The position numbers and the translations under genes were made by a program. Under the pieces are notes generated by a model. That model worked only from the letters and a program-made list of their open reading frames with translations, did not search any database and had not been told where the DNA came from. Of a stretch of 64,000 bases of DNA, positions 25,001 to 38,700 are shown in pieces (within the stretch, counting starts at the first letter, position 1; each line of letters opens with the position of its first letter). This DNA is from Auanema rhodensis (lineage: Eukaryota > Animalia > Nematoda): positions 62,001-126,000 of the forward strand of contig CAXKVF010000090.1 in the NCBI GenBank assembly GCA_964057225.1, given 5' to 3'.

Positions 25001-27984
25001 CATATTAGTCTAAAAACAAATTTTTATTGATATTGGTTCATGGTAACCATGACTTTGAAATTTACGTGAACTTTAATTTATGCTAATTAAATGTACACGT
25101 GATGTGCACTTGGTATGTAACTCGCTTCACGTGAAAGATAAAGAGATGCGGTTTTCAAAATTAGATTCCCCATGTCCATATTAATCTAAAAACAAATTTT
25201 TATTGATATTGGTTCATGGTAACCATGACTTTGAAATTTACGTGAACTTTAATTTATGCTAATTAAATGTACACGTGATGTGCACTTGGTATGTAACTCG
25301 CTTCACGTGAAAGATAAAGAGATGCGGTTTTCAAAATTAGATTCCCCATGTCCATATTAATCTAAAAACAAATTTTTATTGATATTGGTTCATGGTAACC
25401 ATGACTTTGAAATTTACGTGAACTTTAATTTATGCTAATTAAATGTACACGTGATGTGCACTTGGTATGTAACTCGCTTCACCTGAAAGATAAAGAGATG
25501 CGGTTTTCAAAATTAGATTCCCCATGTCCATATTAGTCTAAAAACAAATTTTTATTGATATTGGTTCATGGTAACCATGACTTTGAAATTTACGTGAACT
25601 TTAATTTATGCTAATTAAATGTACACGTGATGTGCACTTGGTATGTAACTCGCTTCACGTGAAAGATAAAGAGATGCGGTTTTCAAAATTAGATTCCCCA
25701 TGTCCATATTAGTCTAAAAACAAATTTTTATTGATATTGGTGCATGGTAACCATGACTTTGAAATTTACGTGAACTTTAATTTATGCTAATTAAATGTAC
25801 ACGTGATGTGCACTTGGTATGTAACTCGCTTCACGTGAAAGATAAAGAAATGCGGTTTTCAAAATTAGATTCCCCATGTCCATATTAGTCTAAAAACAAA
25901 TTTTTATTGATATTGGTTCATGGTAACCATGACTTTGAAATTTACGTGAACTTTAATTTATGCTAATTAAATGTACACGTGATGTGCACTTGGTATGTAA
26001 CTCGCTTCACGTGAAAGATAAAGAGATGCGGTTTTCAAAATTAGATTCCCCATGTCCATATTAGTCTAAAAACAAATTTTTATTGATATTGCTTCATGGT
26101 AACCATGACTTTGAAATTTACGTGAACTTTAATTTATGCTAATTAAATGTACACGTGATGTGCACTTGGTATGTAACTCGCTTCACGTGAAAGATAAAGA
26201 GATGCGGTTTTCAAAATTAGATTCCCCATGTCCATATTAGTCTAAAAACAAATTTTTATTGATATTGGTTCATGGTAACCATGACTTTGAAATTTACGTG
26301 AACTTTAATTTATGCTAATTAAATGTACACGTGATGTGCACTTGGTATGTAACTCGCTTCACGTGAAAGATAAAGAGATGCGGTTTTCAAAATTAGATTC
26401 CCCATGTCCATATTAATCTAAAAACAAATTTTTATTGATATTGGTTCATGGTAACCATGACTTTGAAATTTACGTGAACTTTAATTTATGCTAATTAAAT
26501 GTACACGTGATGTGCACTTGGTATGTAACTCGCTTCACGTGAAAGATAAAGAGATGCGGTTTTCAAAATTAGATTCCCCATGTCCATATTAATCTAAAAA
26601 CAAATTTTTATTGATATTGGTTCATGGTAACCATGACTTTGAAATTTACGTGAACTTTAATTTATGCTAATTAAATGTACACGTGATGTGCACTTGGTAT
26701 GTAACTCGCTTCACGTGAAAGATAAAGAGATGCGGTTTTCAAAATTAGATTCCCCATGTCCATATTAGTCTAAAAACAAATTTTTATTGATATTGGTTCA
26801 TGGTAACCATGACTTTGAAATTTACGTGAACTTTAATTTATGCTAATTAAATGTACACGTGATGTGCACTTGGTATGTAACTCGCTTCACGTGAAAGATA
26901 AAGAGATGCGGTTTTCAAAATTAGATTCCCCATGTCCATATTAGTCTAAAAACAAATTTTTATTGATATTGGTGCATGGTAACCATGACTTTGAAATTTA
27001 CGTGAACTTTAATTTATGCTAATTAAATGTACACGTGATGTGCACTTGGTATGTAACTCGCTTCACGTGAAAGATAAAGAAATGCGGTTTTCAAAATTAG
27101 ATTCCCCATGTCCATATTAGTCTAAAAACAAATTTTTATTGATATTGGTTCATGGTAACCATGACTTTGAAATTTACGTGAACTTTAATTTATGCTAATT
27201 AAATGTACACGTGATGTGCACTTGGTATGTAACTCGCTTCACGTGAAAGATAAAGAGATGCGGTTTTCAAAATTAGATTCCCCATGTCCATATTAGTCTA
27301 AAAACAAATTTTTATTGATATTGCTTCATGGTAACCATGACTTTGAAATTTACGTGAACTTTAATTTATGCTAATTAAATGTACACGTGATGTGCACTTG
27401 GTATGTAACTCGCTTCACGTGAAAGATAAAGAGATGCGGTTTTCAAAATTAGATTCCCCATGTCCATATTAGTCTAAAAACAAATTTTTATTGATATTGG
27501 TTCATGGTAACCATGACTTTGAAATTTACGTGAACTTTAATTTATGCTAATTAAATGTACACGTGATGTGCACTTGGTATGTAACTCGCTTCACGTGAAA
27601 GATAAAGAGATGCGGTTTTCAAAATTAGATTCCCCATGTCCATATTAGTCTAAAAACAAATTTTTATTGATATTGGTTCATGGTAACCATGACTTTGAAA
27701 TTTACGTGAACTTTAATTTATGCTAATTAAATGTACACGTGATGTGCACTTGGTATGTAACTCGCTTCACGTGAAAGATAAAGAGATGCGGTTTTCAAAA
27801 TTAGATTCCCCATGTCCATATTAGTCTAAAAACAAATTTTTATTGATATTGCTTCATGGTAACCATGACTTTGAAATTTACGTGAACTTTAATTTATGCT
27901 AATTAAATGTACACGTGATGTGCACTTGGTATGTAACTCGCTTCACGTGAAAGATAAAGAGATGCGGTTTTCAAAATTAGATTC

Positions 27985-30900
27985 CCCATGTCCATATTAG
28001 TCTAAAAACAAATTTTTATTGATATTGCTTCATGGTAACCATGACTTTGAAATTTACGTGAACTTTAATTTATGCTAATTAAATGTACACGTGATGTGCA
28101 CTTGGTATGTAACTCGCTTCACGTGAAAGATAAAGAGATGCGGTTTTCAAAATTAGATTCCCCATGACCATATTAGTCTAAAAACAAATTTTTATTGATA
28201 TTGGTTCATGGTAACCATGACTTTGAAATTTACGTGAACTTTAATTTATGCTAATTAAATGTACACGTGATGTGCACTTGGTATGTAACTCGCTTCACGT
28301 GAAAGATAAAGAGATGCGGTTTTCAAAATTAGATTCCCCATGTCCATATTAGTCTAAAAACAAATTTTTATTGATATTGGTGCATGGTAACCATGACTTT
28401 GAATTTTACGTGAACTTTAATTTATGCTAATTAAATGTACACGTGATGTGCACTTGGTATGTAACTCGCTTCACGTGAAAGATAAAGAGATGCGGTTTTC
28501 AAAATAAGATTCCCCATGTCCATATTAGTCTAAAAACAAATTTTTATTGATATTGGTTCATGGTAACCATGACTTTGAAATTTACGTGAACTTTAATTTA
28601 TGCTAATTAAATGTACACGTGATGTGCACTTGGTATGTAACTCGCTTCACGTGAAAGATAAAGAGATGCGGTTTTCAAAATTAGATTCCCCATGTCCATA
28701 TTAGTCTAAAAACAAATTTTTATTGATATTGCTTCATGGTAACCATGACTTTGAAATTTACGTGAACTTTAATTTATGCTAATTAAATGTACACGTGATG
28801 TGCACTTGGTATGTAACTCGCTTCACGTGAAAGATAAAAAGATGCGGTTTTCAAAATTAGATTCCCCATGTCCATATTAGTCTAAAAACAAATTTTTATT
28901 GATATTGGTTCATGGTAACCATGACTTTGAAATTTACGTGAACTTTAATTTATGCTAATTAAATGTACACGTGATGTGCACTTGGTATGTAACTCGCTTC
29001 ACGTGAAAGATAAAGAGATGCGGTTTTCAAAATTAGATTCCCCATGTCCATATTAGTCTAAAAACAAATTTTTATTGATATTGGTGCATGGTAACCATGA
29101 CTTTGAAATTTACGTGAACTTTAATTTATGCTAATTAAATGTACACGTGATGTGCACTTGGTATGTAACTCGCTTCACGTGAAAGATGAAGAGATGCGGT
29201 TTTCAAAATTAGATTCCCCATGTCCATATTAGTCTAAAAACAAATTTTTATTGATATTGGTGCATGGTAACCATGACTTTGAAATTTACGTGAACTTTAA
29301 TTTATGCTAATTAAATGTACACGTGATGTGCACTTGGTATGTAACTCGCTTCACGTGAAAGATAAAGAGATGCGGTTTTCAAAATTAGATTCCCCATGTC
29401 CATATTAGTCTAAAAACAAATTTTTATTGATATTGGTGCATGGTAACCATGACTTTGAAATTTACGTGAACTTTAATTTATGCTAATTAAATGTACACGT
29501 GATGTGCACTTGGTATGTAACTCGCTTCACGTGAAAGATAAAGAGATGCGGTTTTCAAAATTAGATTCCCCATGTCCATATTAGTCTAAAAACTAATTTT
29601 TATTGATATTGGTTCATGGTAACCATGACTTTGAAATTTACGTGAACTTTAATTTATGCTAATTAAATGTATACGTGATGTGCACTTGGTATGTAACTCG
29701 CTTCACGTGAAAGATAAAGAGATGCGGTTTTCAAAATTAGATTCCCCATGTCCATATTAGTCTAAAAACAAATTTTTATTGATATTGGTTCATGGTAACC
29801 ATGACTTTGAAATTTACGTGAACTTTAATTTATGCTAATTAAATGTACACGTGATGTGCACTTGGTATGTAACTCTCTTCACGTGAAAGATAAAGAGATG
29901 CGGTTTTCAAAATTAGATTCCTCATGTCCATATTAGTCTAAAAACAAATTTTTATTGATATTGGTGCATGGTAACCATGACTTTGAAATTTACGTGAACT
30001 TTAATTTATGCTAATTAAATGTACACGTGATGTGCACTTGGTATGTAACTCGCTTCACGTGAAAGATAAAGAGATGCGGTTTTCAAAATTAGATTCCCCA
30101 TGTCCATATTAGTCTAAAAACAAATTTTTATCGATATTGGTGCATGGTAACCATGACTTTGAAATTTACGTGAACTTTAATTTATGCTAATTAAATGTAC
30201 ACGTGATGTGCACTTGGTATGTAACTCGCTTCACGTGAAAGATAAAGAGATGCGGTTTTCAAAATTAGATTCCCCATGTCCATATTAGTCTAAAAACAAA
30301 TTTTTATTGATATTGGTTCATGGTAACCATGACTTTGAAATTTACGTGAACTTTAATTTATGCTAATTAAATGTACACGTGATGTGCACTTGGTATGTAA
30401 CTCGCTTCACGTGAAAGATAAAGAGATGCGGTTTTCAAAATTAGATTCCCCATGTCCATATTAGTCTAAAAACAAATTTTTATTGATATTGCTTCATGGT
30501 AACCATGACTTTGAAATTTACGTGAACTTTAATTTATGCTAATTAAATGTACACGTGATGTGCACTTGGTATGTAACTCGCTTCACGTGAAAGATAAAGA
30601 GATGCGGTTTTCAAAATTAGATTCCCCATGTCCATATTAATCTAAAAACAAATTTTTATTGATATTGGTTCATGGTAACCATGACTTTGAAATTTACGTG
30701 AACTTTAATTTATGCTAATTAAATGTACACGTGATGTGCACTTGGTATGTAACTCGCTTCACGTGAAAGATAAAGAGATGCGGTTTTCAAAATTAGATTC
30801 CCCATGTCCATATTAGTCTAAAAACAAATTTTTATTGATATTGGTTCATGGTAACCATGACTTTGAAATTTACGTGAACTTTAATTTATGCTAATTAAAT

Positions 30901-33900
30901 GTACACGTGATGTGCACTTGGTATGTAACTCGCTTCACGTGAAAGATAAAGAGATGCGGTTTTCAAAATTAGATTCCCCATGTCCATATTAGTCTAAAAA
31001 CAAATTTTTATTGATATTGGTTCATGGTAACCATGACTTTGAAATTTACGTGAACTTTAATTTATGCTAATTAAATGTACACGTGATGTGCACTTGGTAT
31101 GTAACTCGCTTCACGTGAAAGATAAAGAGATGCGGTTTTCAAAATTAGATTCCCCATGTCCATATTAATCTAAAAACAAATTTTTATTGATATTGGTTCA
31201 TGGTAACCATGACTTTGAAATTTACGTGAACTTTAATTTATGCTAATTAAATGTACACGTGATGTGCACTTGGTATGTAACTCGCTTCACGTGAAAGATA
31301 AAGAGATGCGGTTTTCAAAATTAGATTCCCCATGTCCATATTAATCTAAAAACAAATTTTTATTGATATTGGTTCATGGTAACCATGACTTTGAAATTTA
31401 CGTGAACTTTAATTTATGCTAATTAAATGTACACGTGATGTGCACTTGGTATGTAACTCGCTTCACGTGAAAGATAAAGAGATGCGGTTTTCAAAATTAG
31501 ATTCCCCATGTCCATATTAGTCTAAAAACAAATTTTTATTGATATTGGTTCATGGTAACCATGACTTTGAAATTTACGTGAACTTTAATTTATGCTAATT
31601 AAATGTACACGTGATGTGCACTTGGTATGTAACTCGCTTCACGTGAAAGATAAAGAGATGCGGTTTTCAAAATTAGATTCCCCATGTCCATATTAGTCTA
31701 AAAACAAATTTTTATTGATATTGGTGCATGGTAACCATGACTTTGAAATTTACGTGAACTTTAATTTATGCTAATTAAATGTACACGTGATGTGCACTTG
31801 GTATGTAACTCGCTTCACGTGAAAGATAAAGAAATGCGGTTTTCAAAATTAGATTCCCCATGTCCATATTAGTCTAAAAACAAATTTTTATTGATATTGC
31901 TTCATGGTAACCATGACTTTGAAATTTACGTGAACTTTAATTTATGCTAATTAAATGTACACGTGATGTGCACTTGGTATGTAACTCGCTTCACGTGAAA
32001 GATAAAGAGATGCGGTTTTCAAAATTAGATTCCCCATGACCATATTAGTCTAAAAACAAATTTTTATTGATATTGGTTCATGGTAACCATGACTTTGAAA
32101 TTTACGTGAACTTTAATTTATGCTAATTAAATGTACACGTGATGTGCACTTGGTATGTAACTCGCTTCACGTGAAAGATAAAGAGATGCGGTTTTCAAAA
32201 TTAGATTCCCCATGTCCATATTAGTCTAAAAACAAATTTTTATTGATATTGGTGCATGGTAACCATGACTTTGAATTTTACGTGAACTTTAATTTATGCT
32301 AATTAAATGTACACGTGATGTGCACTTGGTATGTAACTCGCTTCACGTGAAAGATAAAGAGATGCGGTTTTCAAAATAAGATTCCCCATGTCCATATTAG
32401 TCTAAAAACAAATTTTTATTGATATTGGTTCATGGTAACCATGACTTTGAAATTTACGTGAACTTTAATTTATGCTAATTAAATGTACACGTGATGTGCA
32501 CTTGGTATGTAACTCGCTTCACGTGAAAGATAAAGAGATGCGGTTTTCAAAATTAGATTCCCCATGTCCATATTAGTCTAAAAACAAATTTTTATTGATA
32601 TTGCTTCATGGTAACCATGACTTTGAAATTTACGTGAACTTTAATTTATGCTAATTAAATGTACACGTGATGTGCACTTGGTATGTAACTCGCTTCACGT
32701 GAAAGATAAAAAGATGCGGTTTTCAAAATTAGATTCCCCATGTCCATATTAGTCTAAAAACAAATTTTTATTGATATTGGTTCATGGTAACCATGACTTT
32801 GAAATTTACGTGAACTTTAATTTATGCTAATTAAATGTACACGTGATGTGCACTTGGTATGTAACTCGCTTCACGTGAAAGATAAAGAGATGCGGTTTTC
32901 AAAATTAGATTCCCCATGTCCATATTAGTCTAAAAACAAATTTTTATTGATATTGGTGCATGGTAACCATGACTTTGAAATTTACGTGAACTTTAATTTA
33001 TGCTAATTAAATGTACACGTGATGTGCACTTGGTATGTAACTCGCTTCACGTGAAAGATGAAGAGATGCGGTTTTCAAAATTAGATTCCCCATGTCCATA
33101 TTAGTCTAAAAACAGATTTTTATTGATATTGGTGCATGGTAACCATGACTTTGAAATTTACGTGAACTTTAATTTATGCTAATTAAATGTACACGTGATG
33201 TGCACTTGGTATGTAACTCGCTTCACGTGAAAGATAAAGAGATGCGGTTTTCAAAATTAGATTCCCCATGTCCATATTAGTCTAAAAACAAATTTTTATT
33301 GATATTGGTGCATGGTAACCATGACTTTGAAATTTACGTGAACTTTAATTTATGCTAATTAAATGTACACGTGATGTGCACTTGGTATGTAACTCGCTTC
33401 ACGTGAAAGATAAAGAGATGCGGTTTTCAAAATTAGATTCCCCATGTCCATATTAGTCTAAAAACTAATTTTTATTGATATTGGTTCATGGTAACCATGA
33501 CTTTGAAATTTACGTGAACTTTAATTTATGCTAATTAAATGTATACGTGATGTGCACTTGGTATGTAACTCGCTTCACGTGAAAGATAAAGAGATGCGGT
33601 TTTCAAAATTAGATTCCCCATGTCCATATTAGTCTAAAAACAAATTTTTATTGATATTGGTTCATGGTAACCATGACTTTGAAATTTACGTGAACTTTAA
33701 TTTATGCTAATTAAATGTACACGTGATGTGCACTTGGTATGTAACTCTCTTCACGTGAAAGATAAAGAGATGCGGTTTTCAAAATTAGATTCCTCATGTC
33801 CATATTAGTCTAAAAACAAATTTTTATTGATATTGGTGCATGGTAACCATGACTTTGAAATTTACGTGAACTTTAATTTATGCTAATTAAATGTTAACGT

Positions 33901-35728
33901 GATGTGCACTTGGTATGTAACTCGCTTCACGTGAAAGATAAAGAGATGCGGTTTTCAAAATTAGATTCCCCATGTCCATATTAGTCTAAAAACAAATTTT
34001 TATCGATATTGGTGCATGGTAACCATGACTTTGAAATTTACGTGAACTTTAATTTATGCTAATTAAATGTACACGTGATGTGCACTTGGTATGTAACTCG
34101 CTTCACGTGAAAGATAAAGAGATGCGGTTTTCAAAATTAGATTCCCCATGTCCATATTAGTCTAAAAACAAATTTTTATTGATATTGGTTCATGGTAACC
34201 ATGACTTTGAAATTTACGTGAACTTTAATTTATGCTAATTAAATGTACACGTGATGTGCACTTGGTATGTAACTCGCTTCACGTGAAAGATAAAGAGATG
34301 CGGTTTTCAAAATTAGATTCCCCATGTCCATATTAGTCTAAAAACAAATTTTTATTGATATTGCTTCATGGTAACCATGACTTTGAAATTTACGTGAACT
34401 TTAATTTATGCTAATTAAATGTACACGTGATGTGCACTTGGTATGTAACTCGCTTCACGTGAAAGATAAAGAGATGCGGTTTTCAAAATTAGATTCCCCA
34501 TGTCCATATTAATCTAAAAACAAATTTTTATTGATATTGGTTCATGGTAACCATGACTTTGAAATTTACGTGAACTTTAATTTATGCTAATTAAATGTAC
34601 ACGTGATGTGCACTTGGTATGTAACTCGCTTCACGTGAAAGATAAAGAGATGCGGTTTTCAAAATTAGATTCCCCATGTCCATATTAATCTAAAAACAAA
34701 TTTTTATTGATATTGGTTCATGGTAACCATGACTTTGAAATTTACGTGAACTTTAATTTATGCTAATTAAATGTACACGTGATGTGCACTTGGTATGTAA
34801 CTCGCTTCACGTGAAAGATAAAGAGATGCGGTTTTCAAAATTAGATTCCCCATGTCCATATTAGTCTAAAAACAAATTTTTATTGATATTGGTTCATGGT
34901 AACCATGACTTTGAAATTTACGTGAACTTTAATTTATGCTAATTAAATGTACACGTGATGTGCACTTGGTATGTAACTCGCTTCACGTGAAAGATAAAGA
35001 GATGCGGTTTTCAAAATTAGATTCCCCATGTCCATATTAATCTAAAAACAAATTTTTATTGATATTGGTTCATGGTAACCATGACTTTGAAATTTACGTG
35101 AACTTTAATTTATGCTAATTAAATGTACACGTGATGTGCACTTGGTATGTAACTCGCTTCACGTGAAAGATAAAGAGATGCGGTTTTCAAAATTAGATTC
35201 CCCATGTCCATATTAATCTAAAAACAAATTTTTATTGATATTGGTTCATGGTAACCATGACTTTGAAATTTACGTGAACTTTAATTTATGCTAATTAAAT
35301 GTACACGTGATGTGCACTTGGTATGTAACTCGCTTCACGTGAAAGATAAAGAGATGCGGTTTTCAAAATTAGATTCCCCATGTCCATATTAGTCTAAAAA
35401 CAAATTTTTATTGATATTGGTTCATGGTAACCATGACTTTGAAATTTACGTGAACTTTAATTTATGCTAATTAAATGTACACGTGATGTGCACTTGGTAT
35501 GTAACTCGCTTCACGTGAAAGATAAAGAGATGCGGTTTTCAAAATTAGATTCCCCATGTCCATATTAGTCTAAAAACAAATTTTTATTGATATTGGTGCA
35601 TGGTAACCATGACTTTGAAATTTACGTGAACTTTAATTTATGCTAATTAAATGTACACGTGATGTGCACTTGGTATGTAACTCGCTTCACGTGAAAGATA
35701 AAGAAATGCGGTTTTCAAAATTAGATTC
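27985..35728 (+). repeat. Tandem duplication of a 22-monomer (3872-bp) block
   Basis: Rare SNP pairs exactly 3872 bp apart: 28167/32039, 28506/32378, 29188/33060, 29594/33466, 29672/33544, 30132/34004, 31833/35705. Boundaries approximate to one monomer. Confidence 0.9.
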
Positions 35729-38700
35729 CCCATGTCCATATTAGTCTAAAAACAAATTTTTATTGATATTGGTTCATGGTAACCATGACTTTGAAATTTA
35801 CGTGAACTTTAATTTATGCTAATTAAATGTACACGTGATGTGCACTTGGTATGTAACTCGCTTCACGTGAAAGATAAAGAGATGCGGTTTTCAAAATTAG
35901 ATTCCCCATGTCCATATTAGTCTAAAAACAAATTTTTATTGATATTGGTTCATGGTAACCATGACTTTGAAATTTACGTGAACTTTAATTTATGCTAATT
36001 AAATGTACACGTGATGTGCACTTGGTATGTAACTCGCTTCACGTGAAAGATAAAGAGATGCGGTTTTCAAAATTAGATTCCCCATGTCCATATTAATCTA
36101 AAAACAAATTTTTATTGATATTGGTTCATGGTAACCATGACTTTGAAATTTACGTGAACTTTAATTTATGCTAATTAAATGTACACGTGATGTGCACTTG
36201 GTATGTAACTCGCTTCACGTGAAAGATAAAGAGATGCGGTTTTCAAAATTAGATTCCCCATGTCCATATTAATCTAAAAACAAATTTTTATTGATATTGG
36301 TTCATGGTAACCATGACTTTGAAATTTACGTGAACTTTAATTTATGCTAATTAAATGTACACGTGATGTGCACTTGGTATGTAACTCGCTTCACGTGAAA
36401 GATAAAGAGATGCGGTTTTCAAAATTAGATTCCCCATGTCCATATTAATCTAAAAACAAATTTTTATTGATATTGGTTCATGGTAACCATGACTTTGAAA
36501 TTTACGTGAACTTTAATTTATGCTAATTAAATGTACACGTGATGTGCACTTGGTATGTAACTCGCTTCACGTGAAAGATAAAGAGATGCGGTTTTCAAAA
36601 TTAGATTCCCCATGTCCATATTAGTCTAAAAACAAATTTTTATTGATATTGGTTCATGGTAACCATGACTTTGAAATTTACGTGAACTTTAATTTATGCT
36701 AATTAAATGTACACGTGATGTGCACTTGGTATGTAACTCGCTTCACGTGAAAGATAAAGAGATGCGGTTTTCAAAATTAGATTCCCCATGTCCAGATTAG
36801 TCTAAAAACAAATTTTTATTGATATTGGTTCATGGTAACCATGACTTTGAAATTTACGTGAACTTTAATTTATGCTAATTAAATGTACACGTGATGTGCA
36901 CTTGGTATGTAACTCGCTTCACGTGAAAGATAAAGAGATGCGGTTTTCAAAATTAGATTCCCCTTGTCCATATTAGTCTAAAAACAAATTTTTATTGATA
37001 TTGGTTCATGGTAACCATGACTTTGAAATTTACGTGAACTTTAATTTATGCTAATTAAATGTACACGTGATGTGCACTTGGTATGTAACTCGCTTCACGT
37101 GAAAGATAAAGAGATGCGGTTTTCAAAATTAGATTCCCCTTGTCCATATTAGTCTAAAAACAAATTTTTATTGATATTGGTTCATGGTAACCATGACTTT
37201 GAAATTTACGTGAACTTTAATTTATGCTAATTAAATGTACACGTGATGTGCACTTGGTATGTAACTCTCTTCACGTGAAAGATAAAGAGATGCGGTTTTC
37301 AAAATTAGATTCCCCATGTCCATATTAGTCTAAAAACAAATTTTTATTGATATTGGTGCATGGTAACCATGACTTTGAAATTTACGTGAACTTTAATTTA
37401 TGCTAATTAAATGTACACGTGATGTGCACTTGGTATGTAACTCGCTTCACGTGAAAGATAAAGAGATGCGGTTTTCAAAATTAGATTACCCATGTCCATA
37501 TTAGTCTAAAAACAAATTTTCATTGATATTGATTCATGGTAACCATGACTTTGAAATTTACGTGAACTTTAATTTATGCTAATTAAATGTACACGTGATG
37601 TGCACTTGGTATGTAACTCTCTTCACGTGAAAGATAAAGAGATGCGGTTTTCAAAATTAGATTCCCCATGTCCATATTAGTCTAAAAACAAATTTTTATT
37701 GATATTGGTGCATGGTAACCATGACTTTGAAATTTACGTGAACTTTAATTTATGCTAATTAAATGTACACGTGATGTGCACTTGGTATGTAACTCGCTTC
37801 ACGTGAAAGATAAAGAGATGCGGTTTTCAAAATTAGATTCCCCATGTCCATATTAGTCTAAAAACAAATTTTTATTGATATTGGTGCATGGTAACCATGA
37901 CTTTGAAATTTACGTGAACTTTAATTTATGCTAATTAAATGTACACGTGATGTGCACTTGGTATGTAACTCGCTTCACGTGAAAGATAAAGAGATGCGGT
38001 TTTCAAAATTAGATTACCCATGTCCATATTAGTCTAAAAACAAATTTTTATTGATATTGGTGCATGGTAACCATGACTTTTAAATTTACGTGAACTTTAA
38101 TTTATGCTAATTAAATGTACACGTGATGTGCACTTGGTATGTAATTCTCTTCACGTGAAAGATAAAGAGATGCGGTTTTCAAAATTAGATTCCCCATGTC
38201 CATATTAGTCTAAAAACAAATTTTTATTGATATTGGTGCATGGTAACCATGACTTTGAAATTTACGTGAACTTTAATTTATGCTAATTAAATGTACACGT
38301 GATGTGCACTTGGTATGTAACTCGCTTCACGTGAAAGATAAAGAGATGCGGTTTTCAAAATTAGATTCCCCATGTCCATATTAGTCTAAAAACAAATTTT
38401 TATTGATATTGGTGCATAGTAACCATGACTTTGAAATTTACGTGAACTTTAATTTATGCTAATTAAATGTACACGTGATGTGCACTTGGTATGTAACTCG
38501 CGTCACGTGAAAGATAAAGAGATGCGGTTTTCAAAATTAGATTCCCCATGTCCATATTAGTCTAAAAACAAATTTTTATTGATATTGCTTCATGGTAACC
38601 ATGACTTTGAAATTTACGTGAACTTTAATTTATGCTAATTAAATGTACACGTGATGTGCACTTGGTATGTAACTCGCTTCACGTGAAAGATAAAGAGATG

